A stretch of 64,000 nt of DNA from the NCBI GenBank assembly GCA_976226885.1, contig OZ320318.1, positions 5,332,001 to 5,396,000 of the forward strand. The letters run 5' to 3'. Every line of letters begins with the position of its first letter. Position 1 is the stretch's first letter. A model generated the notes under the pieces. It ran no database searches, was not told where the DNA came from, and worked only from the letters and a program-made list of their open reading frames with translations. Position numbers and translations under genes: made by a program. Of the stretch, positions 51,200 to 64,000 are shown piece by piece. The stretch comes from Iphione sp. A-MEVVRFRX5. Lineage: Eukaryota.

Positions 51200-51650
51200 C
51201 GCCATCTAAGCCAATAGTACAGGAGGATAGCCACCCTATTCTAAGGAGGCACTGCCACAACTACACCAGCCAATAAACCCAAGTACCGAGGAGGATCCAG
51301 AGCCTGACCAGGAGCAGCTGCAACCCCCTTCCCTGCATCGGGAGCTGCAACTCCCTTCCCCTCAGCAGGAGCGGCAACCCTCTTCTCCTCCAGCCCAATG
51401 CATATCTACGGACTGTCATATGGAAGGATTGAACCCGGGACATCTTGCCGGTAAGGGGGAGGACCCCATTCAATTTTTTGATAAATTTAAGGCTTTTATG
51501 GGCTTGAAGCCTGGGGCTAATTCAGCCCAAGTTTTTCCTCTGACTGTCAAGGATAATGCATACAAGTGGTATCAATCACTGCCACCATCCATCAAGGAAG
51601 ACTTGGGGAAAATTGCAGGAGGCTTTCCTTGGAATGTATAGGCTCAGAGA
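51200..51650 (+). pseudogene. gag: Retrotransposon gag N-terminal fragment
   Basis: GEDPIQFFDKFKAF..FPLTVKDNAYKWYQSLP. Confidence 0.6.
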
Positions 51651-52259
51651 ATCCCTCCACTATGCAAAAATGGGGGATTATATCACACTACTACTCCAGT
51701 TGTGATAACATCATGGGCCAGCTTACAACAAGAGATAGAGGATGATGCACCAGTACCTTGGGACATGGATGGCCTAGACATGGACTAAGTATGGGAACAA
51801 TGGATGAATATAGGAAGGCACGGGCTGGAGAGGATGAATGGTACATCTTGACATGGGGACTCTCATATGATGTCACGGAAGATGCCCCACCCTACCCAGG
51901 GCTAGTCCTTCCCCCCATTCCTGCATTAACATCCCGAATAAAAATATTTCAACTTACTCATGTTTCTTAAGAGTATGAACAGGAATGGTGGTGTGATCAC
52001 TCAGTTTTCTGAATGACATATGTCTATTGACAGATGCAATAAACTGAATGGTTATGTAACAGGAAATTACCATTGATTAAGACATCATCCAGGGTAGTGC
52101 CATTGTATGTTCTGGTAAATGTGACAATGTCTGGCCTGAACTAGCACCTGCTAATGCAGTGTATTCATTCATTGTAGTGTTACAATAAACACCGGATAAA
52201 CAGGGCAGTGTATGAGGGATGATGGGGAAGAAGCGGGGGGAATCAGAAAAGCCTGATCT

Positions 52260-53900
52260 CTTGCTGAGTTTGGATACCAGTGAACACCTTGATATGGTTG
52301 CTCAGCAAGCTAAAGACAACCGGGCAGACATGATTAAAACAGATCCCAACTGTAGCACAATAAACAGGATCCTTTATCATATTAGTGGTTAGCCATCTCA
52401 CTTGAAGCTAGTAATACATATTCATCTGAACAGTGTTGTGCTTCAGGAACCCTATGACCTCTTAGGTCACATGAGAATGGATCAAACTTGCGATACAATT
52501 AGGTAAAAGTATCATCAATGTATTGCATGTAACCAATGAAACCTGAGACAACAAACCCCACGAATGCAGCAGATGGACCTAGTACAAGCCCTATTCCAGA
52601 AGCTGGCCATAGATACATATGGCTCCCATCCCACATCGCACCAAGGGAACAGGTATTTAATTACTTTCATCAACATGTATTGAATTCTTTGCTGTTTCTG
52701 ATACAACAGCTGGGAATGTGGCCAACCAAAGTGTGGGTGAAATTGTACTAAGACAGGGATGCCCTGACACTATCTGATAATTGGGCTTGCGGTTGAGCAA
52801 ACATGCAAGAAACAGCAGCAACAATGCTGAGATGAGTACAGCTGAACCAACTAAATCCCAGGCTGAATCAAAACCAAACAAAGTATAAGTCTTGTTGGAA
52901 GAAATCACTTCCATGTTGTGAATGAACCTTTCTGTAGGATAACTGCAAATAACTACTTACATGGGTCTGATAACCTTCCGTTTGGTCTACTTGCAGGTTG
53001 TTTGCAGTTTTTCTTCTACCTGTGGCCCAAGCCAATGTCTAGCACAAAGGCATGAAACATGTTCTTTACATCGAAGGCAGAGATTCACAACACAACATCC
53101 TGCTGGTTTGTAGAGATTAGTGTTCGATTTCCAGGCCTACAAAAAGTATTCCCTGTATTAACACGAACCACAGATGAGGCAAGACAAGCTTTTGCAACAG
53201 CATTTCATTCAAAGCAATATTGTATTACAGTATTACTGACTCCATAGCTCATGGAACTTCTAGCCTTGCATAAACTCTATGAGAAACTTTTTTCATTTTC
53301 AAGAGATTATGGGCATTGGAAATGACGAACTAGAAGAATCCCAACAAAACCAGAGACAAAGAAGAGAATAGATGACAATGTTTTGCATGTCTAGCAACTG
53401 GGAAATTTAGTGGTATCGCATATTTTGTAGTTCAGGCATTACAGAGGGAAGCAAGTGACCTCTAAGCTAGAGAAGTTATTCAACGTGTTTCTATTTGTTT
53501 GTTGCTAATGTCCAAATGGCAGTCGAGGAAAACAAACAGGCTATTAATCATATAATCAATATAGTAGCAAAATTACCATAGAAATTGAGTTCCCCCTCAA
53601 TTGATGTTACCAAGAGGCCCAAGAGAATAGCCATGGTACTACTGTACCATTCTAAAAACTAACATAATAGCCCTGCGTGAACAACAAATCATTACCCTAG
53701 AGGCACCCCTACTTGACATGAAACAATTTTGGATTAAGAGGCAATAAGTCTCCCAGTACCTCTAATCTGACTGCAGAGTATGAGTTGGAATTACTTTGCT
53801 GGATCCCTTGAAGATAAAATAAATTGTGGGAAGCCAGACACCAACATCTGTACAATGACCTCATCTGTTTATGAAATGAACCATAGACTGTGAAGAATAT
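52260..53900 (+). pseudogene. Second, more deleted copy of the integrase+env family at 12.3-23.6 kb
   Basis: DNA similarity by eye: 52270-52680 to 12549-13000 (integrase) and 53700-53870 to 22530-22770 (env). Confidence 0.75.
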
Positions 53901-53986
53901 TATAAATTAATGTGTGCTGCCTTTATGACAATTTTTGTGAGTGGGTGTTGGCCTGATGAGGATTTGAGTGTTTCACGACAGACCTG

Positions 53987-55094
53987 GTGAAAACCATAGG
54001 GGTGGCCATATTGATTTACATGTATATTGCAGTCATCATGGAGAGCAGTCCCAGTGAATTATTCCATAGTGTTGGAAATGATATCAAGGAAGCTGAAGAA
54101 AAGCACAGGAATATGCTAGATTTGAAGGAAGCGAGGGATATTGTCAACTTGGGAGCTTATACTTCAACACAGTACCATGGAGGAAGTGCCTGCAACAACT
54201 GTGATGTTTCTGAGCCTGAACCAGCAAGTCCAGAATCAGTGGATTCAAGCAGTCTTGTTGCACTATCCTGTAGTAAGCACATGGGGCATCAATCTGATGC
54301 ATCAGTCATTGAGAGGCAGATGGAATGTGCAATAGACAAGGTTATGGGAAGCATCAGTTTCAAGTCTAATCTCACCAACACCATCAATGAAGCTGTGAAT
54401 ACTGCAATTGACAATGCTATGGATAACGCTATTGGCAACCTTTGTGATTTGAAACAAGCAAATCTGAAAACCCTGGTGGATATCAATAACACTAGGAAGA
54501 GGGAAGCAGCAGTGGAACAGCAGTTAAAGGTGCAGGCCCTACCAATTTGTGGAGTACCAGAGCATGATTCAAATGATGGCCTTGAGCTACCTCGTGTTTC
54601 GTGACATGAAAATAACATCTGAGATAACAGTAGATGATACTGCAGCCTCCCCCCATGCCCTAACCAACTATGCCCATACTGAGTTGAGCCTCGATGCTCT
54701 AGCCAGCTCCTTCCACTCCCCAACCTTCACCCCCTGGTACCACACCTCCCCAGCGATGACAAGGCCGAAATCGTTAAGGGGCAGGCAGGTTATTGCTGAC
54801 CTCTTCTTCCCACCAGAAGGGAATATTAACTGTATCCAGCAGGACTTCTGCCTAAGTGGCCAGGCTACCCATTCCCTCCCCACAGTGGCAGACCTGGTGC
54901 AGCACCTGAATATCCTTGACACCGGGCTCTCCCCGCCATGGTTGACCTCTGAGGGGCCTACCGTCACTTCCCAGTCCACCCCTTGGAGGACACATATGTT
55001 GACCTACCCTTCCCGTTCGGTGCCAGGAAGAGCACCTTCTACATGCAGAGGGTGGCCGAGTTCATCATCTGCCACCTACGTCAGGACATTGTAA
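53987..55094 (+). pseudogene. DIRS/Ngaro-like (YR) retrotransposon remnant: coiled-coil ORF1 and RT fragment
   Basis: L1-ORF1-like ..LPICGVPE; RT-like IADLFFPP.GNIN and YVDL..PFGAR...MQRVA. Confidence 0.55.
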
Positions 55095-55239
55095 AAACTT
55101 AAAGGAGTATCATATTGAAGGCCACAGAAAATCTTGAAAAAACATGTCAAGATGAAAGAACGACCTCTCCCCAACAAGAATACTTGTCATACTGAAAAAT
55201 AATAAATTTGCTAACACAAAGAACCTGTATTGTGTCTAC

Positions 55240-55620
55240 TGTGTCACAATGGGAAATAGGTAATTGGGGACATGCTTGATGATTTAATCATGGTGTACAT
55301 CAATGACATTGTAGTACACTCGAAAGACCATGAAGAACAACACCATTTGGTTGAAGGTTTTTATACCCTTAAACAGTATGGTTTGAAGCTCAGGCCAAAC
55401 AATTCCTTCTGTACACCTATTGGGCAACATCATCAGTAAAGAGGGAATTCCATATGACATAGCGAAGATGAGCAATCACAGAGCTGGGATCTCCTAAAGA
55501 TATCACTGAGGTAAGGTCATTTCTTGACATGGCAGGATACTACAGACAATGTGTCCCTCACAACCCAACAATTGTAGTACCACTAGTCAAGTTAACAAAG
55601 GCACATGTATTTTCAGAGAC
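55240..55620 (+). pseudogene. pol: Gypsy RT fragment
   Basis: VYINDIVVHSK and VRSFLDMAGYYRQCVP. Confidence 0.7.
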
Positions 55621-55849
55621 CACCTGTGGTAAAGGCTACTTGGCAGACTACTGCTAGACAGACTGTTGGAAGGCTCCATGAGATTAAGTAAGCTGCTCTA
55701 GCCCCATGGTCACATGTAAAAGAGAGAATAGCTCAATGAAAACTGTTAGTATTCTCAATGTATTATACTTAATGTCTGTAGTTACAAGATCTCAACCCAG
55801 ATGAAAGCCTAGCGCATGTCCTATTTATAAGTATGAACAACCCTGATAA

Positions 55850-57330
55850 GGTGAGCCACGTAAAACCAGATAACCATAAATCAATGGCTTTGGGAGCATA
55901 TGGGATTTTGCAATCATGCTATGTAAGCCTCTGACAACGAGTATGACTGTCCAATGTTGATGTTAACATTAAACAAAAGCAGAGTAAACAGAAAGAGAGC
56001 CAGAGCACATTATTTGAATTTTCTGTGGCTACCATCAAACACTCCTTACACCACTGAATCGCTGTCTCATAAACTGCCATGAGAGTCGATAGGGTAATGT
56101 TTAGTCCCATCTTATCACTTTCTGTTATGCCATCTCAACTGACCAATTGTTTTTGGCAAAATAACTCTGCCCACCAGGAAACGTCACAGCCACATGCTTC
56201 CGGCATAGACAAACAAACCCATTCAACATGGCATCACATACACTTTACAATCAACTCATCAGTGATCTTCCTGGGCATCTCAACTAAAAGTAAGATGCCT
56301 TCTAAGCTATCTAATCATTGGTTATTGGGAGCAAGAAGTTTTGTCAAAGGCGGTTTCGTACATGATCTGTCTCTGACATTTTTGGAACCTGGAATAACTG
56401 TTTTTGTATGCTGCTACCACAGCCAGCGGTTATGCTAGAAGCCCCACAAGATGCATGTGGATGGTGGTATCATTGATATCTCTACCTATTAGATCCCAGC
56501 TGATTAATCAAAGTATGCTGTTGATGAGGCATATCTGTTGTGTCCCCTCTGCCCCTCACCCTTCTACTCTCCAAGTTCCAGAAAACTGCCTGGTCAAGAA
56601 CAATCCCATTCGTGGATCTGCACTGGCAAGCCATCAGATATGACAAATTTGGGAAAGAGCAAATGATCCAGGTGGAAACTTTGAGGCCAATATCACTACC
56701 ATCCTTCTCCATCAAACCTGGGTTGATTTGTGCATCCTATGGAACCAGACATACACTTGTGTGGAATCTAATCCTAACATCGATTTAAGTGTGTTAATCT
56801 AATTTCCAGATATTGGATTGCTTCCCGATGTAAAATAACTCATTCCAGACACCAAAGCATAATCATCCCCTACCATCAATGGGATGTCCTAAAGTGCTCC
56901 AAGCACTTGACAAAGGTGGTGCTGTGTAAGTCACATGCACTGGGTGTAACTCATGGACTATAGGTTGACGATCTACATTTCACTTCGCATTTATCATCAT
57001 ACTTATACATCCAACTTGTGAGAATTCTGGGAGAAAATTAGGTTCCAACTTATGAGAGCTTTAACACCAATAGTGAAACAGATGCCATCCTTATACAAGG
57101 ACACTGATACAGCACTTCAAGAACGGAGGGTACAACTAATAGTTACACCAACCCAAAGCAACAGTGTCTCCAACACATACAATTATTCCATATCACTAGA
57201 AACTGCTAAGTATCACAGATTTCCAATGCCAAACAACATACGTTCAAACTTCATTGAGATTTTTCAGATGAAACAAGAACAGTCACTATTGCAAGGAGAG
57301 GGACTGACCAATAGGGGCACTTGAAGTTTC
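55850..57330 (-). pseudogene. Heavily decayed LINE ORF2 C-terminal region (L1/Tx1-like)
   Basis: IQYLEI (KYLG-like) and SYSLSEAY (zf-RVT-like); many stops. Confidence 0.35.
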
Positions 57331-57750
57331 GGGCCTCCCTTGTATTTTGCAGCAATGGGTTCGAACCCATGTAGCTGCAATCATGAGTCCCAAGTCTCTA
57401 CTGATTGCTCCACGAGGGCTCAGACACTTAACCTAGTTAAAATGTTAGTCACATTTCTCTGGAGATCCCATCTGCCGCTGCCACCACCACCACTAGACTT
57501 GCTACGAATCGGTGACCAACTTGGTCCCACTCACTACTGACTGCTCCACAGGGGCAGACACAATAAACCTACTTGAAATGTTAGTCACGTTCCTGGGTTA
57601 CTGGGTGACTCTTAATAGGGACTTTTAATAGCCTAGACGAGCAGTTTACAGCTTAGGAGGGAACATTCAAACCAATAGCAATGAATTCTAGAGAGGGATT
57701 AAAGCACTGAAAGCAGCTCTGAGTAGATCTGGGTAACGTTCAGTCATTTA

Positions 57751-58200
57751 GTGACCATGGCACAACCTGTCAAGTCCAAGGTGAAGTATGACGATATTTA
57801 CAGGTTGTGTGAGGACAGAGAAGAGCTCTGGCAGTGGCTGAGAAATGATAATTTGGTAGGATATTTTGAAGGATTATGTGGCCACCGCAATGAAGGATAT
57901 GTGAAGCTCGCGGGAAAGGAAAAGCAGCAAGTGACCCTGAGGATTTTCAGTGGAGATGTGGAGCCAAGAAATATAGGAGGAAGATATCAGTGCCTTTTGG
58001 CTCCTGGTTTGAAGGGGCCTATTTGACAGTGGAAGAGATTGTGAAAATTACATATTACTGGATAAGGAAATACAGGGTATTGGATGTTGCCTTTGAACTG
58101 GATGTATCAGAGCACAACTATTTTTTGGTCACTAAGGTCAATCAACAGATATGGCTGACATTGTGGAAACTCTTCAAGTCAATCAAATAATGGAAGCAGG
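57751..58200 (+). pseudogene. Merlin/ISXO2-like DNA transposase N-terminal fragment
   Basis: Across frames: LWQWLRNDNLV...FQWRCGAKKYRRKISVPFGSWFEGAYLTVEEIVKITYYW. Confidence 0.65.
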
Positions 58201-60897
58201 CATCCTGAGATTTGTACAAGTCACAAGCAAATGATTAGAATACTTCCTCAGATATCTAAGTCTTGGTATTGTTGTCCAAAAGAGTTTTTACCACATTGTT
58301 GATGATGTTTCTTTCATTTTGAAAGTGGTTTGGAAAAAGTTTGTATAATAAAACTGTTGTCATCCTACCTGGGCCTCTTATGACAAGTATGAATGTCCCA
58401 AACTGACACACATCCTGGAAAAGAGTCTTTCTGAGGAGCTGCTCCTGTCATATACTCATTTCCATCAGAGACAGAGCAGAGCAAGTTACTTTGGCTGGGA
58501 TTTCCAGCAGCTACAAGTTCCTCATATTGAATAACAGATTGTCTGCACTAATGAACTCGTAACTGCCACCAACCAGTAGGCTACTGGTAGAGCTTGAATT
58601 GTCTAGCTAAAGGCTGTGGTAGAGGTTGTGATCCACACATTCCACCTCTCATTTTTCTTATCACACTAACACAGCCAAGTTCTGAAGGTGAGCAGCATCT
58701 TCCCCTATACAGTACTGACCAGGCTATTTATAGAAAGGAAAGCATGCAAAGGTTCTGTTTATAAAGCCTATAACCGATTTTATCGTGTTGGCCAAGCTGC
58801 ATGCTGCGTTGTTGGCCCAGTTTGCCATGGTGTTGAAGCCACAACACACAAACAACAGCAATTTATATGGCAGCAGCAGCAGATGTTGGCTGCAGTAGGA
58901 GAAGAGGAGGCTCATGTGATAGAACAAAGTTCCTTGACAGCTCTGGTGCAGCAAATGGATGCTGACACAGAACATGGTCCAGGGTTGCAGGCAACGGTGT
59001 TGCCTTGCTCTGCCAAGGATCTTCAGCCTTTGAAGGTGGAGTATGTGGCAGAAAACCATTAGCGACAATCCAGATCTGTTCTGTTTTCAAACCTGAGCAA
59101 GGACGCTCAGGCTTTGGAAAGGATGCTGCAGAAGCTATGTATAAGTAACCACACAAAGATTTAAAGAGCCTGCTATTTATATCACTTTTAGATGTAGAGA
59201 GTTTCTAGAGACCACAGATGTGTTGGATTAAGGGACCTCAGGGCACCCTATGTAAATAAGAGTTGTCATTATCCAGCACTGCTTAGCCTTGGTTAACCCA
59301 ATACAGAGTTTATAACCATGCGAAGAGGTAAATCTTGCACCTTCTTACTCAGTTCACTCTATGAGCACACTGCAATACCATCATCATGCCAAATCAGGTG
59401 TACTTCAAGTTAAAACATGAATATCCTGGGTAGGAATGCTTTAAAAACGTGGCAACACCTCAAAGATGACACACTACTGTTCTTTCCAGAGCGACTGAGG
59501 ATGAACACAAAAGACCGAGCAGCTCACACCAAGAACAAAATCTGAACACCACTGAGGAGAACTGTCACATTAACTGCTCATTCAGTTAGGTTGCTGTTCT
59601 AGTGCTCAAGATATGTGGCTAAAGGAGTTCCTTGAGAGTTATAACTTCTCATTCTATGATCACTCATACAACAAAGTCGCATGTGGTTTGCCTGCTGGTC
59701 ACATATTCAAACATTTACAGGGAAAATGATGTAACACAGTACATAACATTGAACATATGATAATTCCAGGTTGTACCTTTTATGGAGCTGACGGTTCAGT
59801 AAAATATAGGAATGTGTAGTCACAGAGGTTTCATAAAGACAAGGTGCTTGATTGTATAGTGTACAGATATATGAATGAAGATTACGATGTATAAAGGACT
59901 CAAGGCATCAACTGCAATCTGAAACCTTGTAATTGCACTCTCCAATAGCCAAGGAACAAGACTACAGCAGAAATAAAAATTCCAACAGGCATCCTTGAAC
60001 TGTACGACTCAGTACTTGCCTCGGCAGTTATTTATGATGGTGTGCCTGTGCTTGTGTTTAGACACTAACAGCACCACTTGTACTATTATATAACATCTAA
60101 TGATACATATATGCAAACACCAGAAACACTGTCTCAACTGATCTATTCAGCATATCTTATTAGATATATGATTAGATACATCTCTTACCAATCTATCTTG
60201 TACTTTGTGACATTGGACACACACTAATATCAATCTCTTCTCTCCATTGTAACATTTGATATCAAACTGACAGATAACAGAATGAGAATACTACAGAGCA
60301 TAAAAACTTTGAGAACCTTTCCTAATATGAATCTGAAATCTTGTAATTGCACTCTCCACTTTTCATAGAAAAATGACTACCAGGTCACTTGTAAGGTCCT
60401 GGAGGACATTGCTTCCAATGCCAGGTAGACTAAGTAGGTCAAGACCACACAGGTGCGTTTTGTAGATGCCCTGTGTCTGTCTGGATCTTCTTACCATGCA
60501 TTTATAAGGTACGTGCATGAGGAGGTTAAGTCCCATCTTCCCTCCTCATTTAAGCATTTGGTCTTGGCGTCCCCAAGATTTTTATTTTGGGATGACTTGC
60601 TTGCAAGTCAAGGAGTGTTATCTCTATATATCACGCAGAATGAGGCTGCCTGGAGTCAGCCCTCATTCTCCTTGAGTATATATGTGTATTGAATGACTAA
60701 ATACTAATTGTTTATAGTAAATTGCTTTTTCTTTAATTTGTTTGCAAACAACATTTACACAATAACAAGACATATCACCACACTGCAAGGTTTGTCTATT
60801 GCTTTTGTTTATTATTGTGCAAGTAATTTCACCATGATATAAACTCAAAACTACAAGCTCTGTCACTCAAGGAATGAGGAAAACTTTTCTGCCTTGT

Positions 60898-61255
60898 AGG
60901 TTGCAATCTGAAATCTTGTAATTGCACTCTCCAGTTGCCATTGAACCTTGTATACACAGTGTATTGCAAGAGACTGCAAAAAGAGAGTCTTTTGCTTAGC
61001 AGGTTGCAATCTGAAATCTTGTAATTGCACTCTCCAATTGCCATGGAAACTTGTATACATAGCGTATTGCAAGAGACTGGGGGGAAAAAGATGGTCTTTT
61101 GCTTAGCAGGTTGCAATCTGAAATCTTGTAATTGCACTCTCCAATTGCCATGGAACGTTTTATGCTCAGAGCAATGAAAAAACAAGAAAAGAGAAAGAGA
61201 CATTCTTTGGGTAAACAGGTTGCAATCTGAAATCTTGCAATTGCACTCTCCAGAA
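60898..61255. repeat. Array of four conserved ~36-45-bp hairpin cores with 103-109-bp period, plus solitary copies at about 59910 and 60330
   Basis: aggttgcaatctgaaatcttgtaattgcactctcca at 60898, 61001, 61108 and 61217. Confidence 0.9.
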
Positions 61256-62179
61256 GCATTGGAACAAATATGATTAAACCAATCATCCATAAGGGTTTGA
61301 AGGGTTAACCTCCTACTAAAAATATGTTCTTTTCTGCAAAAAGACAGCTTTATAGCACCACTCTGAAGTTCTGAAACCACACTGCTATGAATTTCTGCCC
61401 AACAAGTCGTCATTATGAAGGATCTCCCATCAGACCTCCCATAGATGGAGGTAATATTTATCTCTTCCAGCCTATCAACTGCCTACGGTTACGCAACAGC
61501 TGGAACAGCTGATAAGAAATCAGCTGAGTATACATTAGAAACGTTTTGTTCCTCACACTTAGTCTGATGGGAGAATGTTGAAGTCCCTTCTACTGCATTC
61601 TGTTGGGTTGCCATAGTTCAAGCGACTACAAGCCCTTTTGGCTTCGTGGCCAAGCGCTGTCCTCATGTCCACTACCCCTCCCTGCCCCCCCTCCTGAATG
61701 TAGAAACAGTCAGTTAAAGGTATCCTCTATCCTCTTCCTCCATATACTTGTAATAGTGGTTGTTATATCATATATTCATGTAAACAAAATATACCCATAA
61801 GTCTGTGTGTGTTTCTTTATATTCATGGCACTAAAAGATGAATACAGACGCTTGGGCTTGGAGGAACACCCCCGTCTCACAAATGGCATTTAGGGCACCT
61901 TGAGGGCATCCTTAAAACTCTGGAAACTATTAATAAAATGACCAAATGTAGTATTAAGAGGGTACTCAATGACTTAGTTCCTGGAACCCAATCAAGGCAT
62001 AGAACCCCAGAGCACCTCCTAGTCATCGGTATGAGCATCCATGGTATAGTGAGCAATCCAAAAATCCATCACCATTCATCATGCCTTTTTGCAAGGCCTC
62101 ATGAGCTCATGTACTTAAGCCATCATCAAACTGTCTAAGCCCCAGATGTCAACTATAACAGACCAGGACTGATATCAAC

Positions 62180-62920
62180 ATCATGGAAAGGGGGAGGCTA
62201 CATTGGCAAATGATCAAACAGGCAACTATAATACCTTATCACACAAAGATCTTATCAGTTGTGAAATGGATCACTTTATCCTTTGCCCTTTTCCACTCCC
62301 TGTTGGGGAACCTACCACCCCTACTTGTATTATGGACATTTTTCTGGATAAAACCATTTCATCTGCCCAATGCAATCCTTCAACCATAACTACACTCTCA
62401 CTTGCAATGACTCAGTCACTACCCATACAGCAAATGGTTTAGCTGTTGCGAAGGTGGGTTATGACTGCATCCTACAGATAGGAGGACAGATGGTCACTGG
62501 AGGCTGTTTCTCCTGTGACAGATGACTGTAGATAGAACTACAACATGCACTTAACCTTCTGGTCTTGCAAGCTTTTAATATTCCTCTGCCAAATGCCACT
62601 CCATCTTTTACCTCAAACATCTATAGTCTGAAACTCCGAAATATTTCCATCTTTTTACATGAAGACAAAAATATGAAGATTCCATTACAGATGACCTGGA
62701 CAAAATGTCAACACAAACACAAAATTAAGGTCCCGAAACCACCTGTTCTCATGCCATGGCAGGCAGACTCCCTTTCAGATTAGCTAAAATCACCATTTGC
62801 TTTCTCTCTCATCAGTGGTTGGGGAGCATACCAGCTCCTTGTTTCTCTTATTTCCTTAGGCTTAGCTATCTGGACCTTCATTAAAATAAGGCAGTTAAGG
62901 CAGCTTTACTTTAAGTTACT
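62180..62920 (+). pseudogene. Decayed env-like C-terminus with TM segment
   Basis: Cys-containing fragments (CPFP..CIMDIF..QC) and a hydrophobic end (LISL..GLAIWTFIKIRQL). Confidence 0.4.
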
Positions 62921-62932
62921 GCTAGTAGAACT

Positions 62933-63412
62933 ATGTACACCTTGGCTGCCCCTCTTCCTCAGGTAAACTACAAGGACCTTTATCCAGTTGCATCCACTAT
63001 GTCCACTGATGTAGAGACTATTGAAGAAAATGACCTTACCCGAGTTCTGGCAAACATGACCTACTTAGACCAGACTGTTTCAATAATTTTTGTCATTTTT
63101 CTATTTTGGATGATGGCTAATTTATTCAAATCCTGTGCTAAACTGTGTTGTGGAGGCACAGAGCAATGCCTCAATCGTTTATCTCCATTAGGTAAACTAA
63201 ACCACCTTCCTTGGAATCGTTCCACTTTCACGTCAAGTGGCATTCAGTTTTGGCTTAAATTTGGTTTAGCCCACAAATACGAGTCCATATATCTTACTAC
63301 CATTTTCGAATGCCTTGAGGCTACACATCTGTACTGTATGCCTGAGGTTAAGGTGTGTGAAATTATCTGTGGATGCACTACTTGTGATGTCATTCTGAAC
63401 TATGATGGCTGA
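62933..63412 (+). CDS. 159-aa ORF with a single TM segment, directly after the env-like remnant
   Basis: VSIIFVIFLFWMMANLF followed by a Cys-rich segment; similar-looking sequence continues past the TGA. Confidence 0.4.
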   Translation: MYTLAAPLPQVNYKDLYPVASTMSTDVETIEENDLTRVLANMTYLDQTVSIIFVIFLFWMMANLFKSCAKLCCGGTEQCLNRLSPLGKLNHLPWNRSTFTSSGIQFWLKFGLAHKYESIYLTTIFECLEATHLYCMPEVKVCEIICGCTTCDVILNYDG

Positions 63413-64000
63413 CTCCAGTTGTCACACCCACATAAGATGACCATAAATTTGCCTGCAACAGTGCATATTCTAGCTTGCAGAGGCAGGGCAATCAAACGAC
63501 TTGGCCTAGACACTGTTGAGGCTTGCCTTTTATGTCAGGGTGATCTCTGCATGTGTTAGATTATGAACTCCCCAAGAAATAACTGCAAACGTGTATTGGA
63601 AACTGAATGCAACAATCTTTTATCTTCAAGAGCCTTACTGTGCTCAAAATATACCTTGTCTACTTTATCATGCATACTTCAATGTATAAGAACCTTACCA
63701 TGCTCAATATATACCTGTGTTTACTTTATCATGCATACTCCAATGTATAAGATTTATATTGTAGGTGTTTGTCTAGTTTACATGTACTATTTTGGTATAA
63801 AAGGTTTATAATCAACCATGTATTACATTATTTAACCACATATGTATGAATCTATAATCAACCATGTATTACAATATTTAACGACATGTCAAGTATGCTA
63901 TCATAGGTAGTACAACTACGGCTGTGTCGCAAAGTTGGAGTGTTAAACATATGATATGTAGAAGAATTAAAATGTGATATGTAGTATTATACTTACTCCT

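Noticed and set aside
58300-59600. Possible hAT or other transposase, or a host exon
   Set aside because: No diagnostic motif or consistent splice pattern was found.
60898-61255. CRISPR array
   Set aside because: The context is eukaryotic, no cas genes are present, the spacers are too long, and two spacers are related to each other. Kept only as a repeat finding.
60829-61413. 194-aa ORF with repeated GECNYKISDCNL
   Set aside because: It is a translation of the DNA repeat array, with no evidence of coding.
1-64000. tRNA or rRNA genes
   Set aside because: None recognised by eye.

Overview
Eukaryotic (animal) genomic DNA with spliceosomal introns, one 160-nt N gap and CpG-type decay of repeats. 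A marine invertebrate host is my inference only. About 0.3-10 kb holds a minus-strand host gene with a 5.4-kb low-complexity exon and four small downstream exons that splice in phase, giving about 2150 aa with no recognisable family. From about 11 kb onward the window is a nested stack of transposons. It contains several Ty3/Gypsy lineages (at least three carrying F-type env genes), a 7.6-kb PIF/Harbinger-like insert that splits a Gypsy integrase, a TTAA piggyBac-type MITE inside a gag, DIRS/Ngaro-like, LINE and Merlin-like fragments, and tandem or palindromic repeats. The standout is a young 9.44-kb Gypsy element (34784-44222) with 511-bp LTRs about 99% identical and an ATGT target-site duplication. 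Its layout is LTR - extra intact 359-aa ORF with an HMG-box-like N-terminus - gag - (-1 frameshift) pol - F-like env - short antisense ORF - LTR. All family calls come from reading motifs by eye; no searches were run, and the boundaries of degraded elements are approximate.
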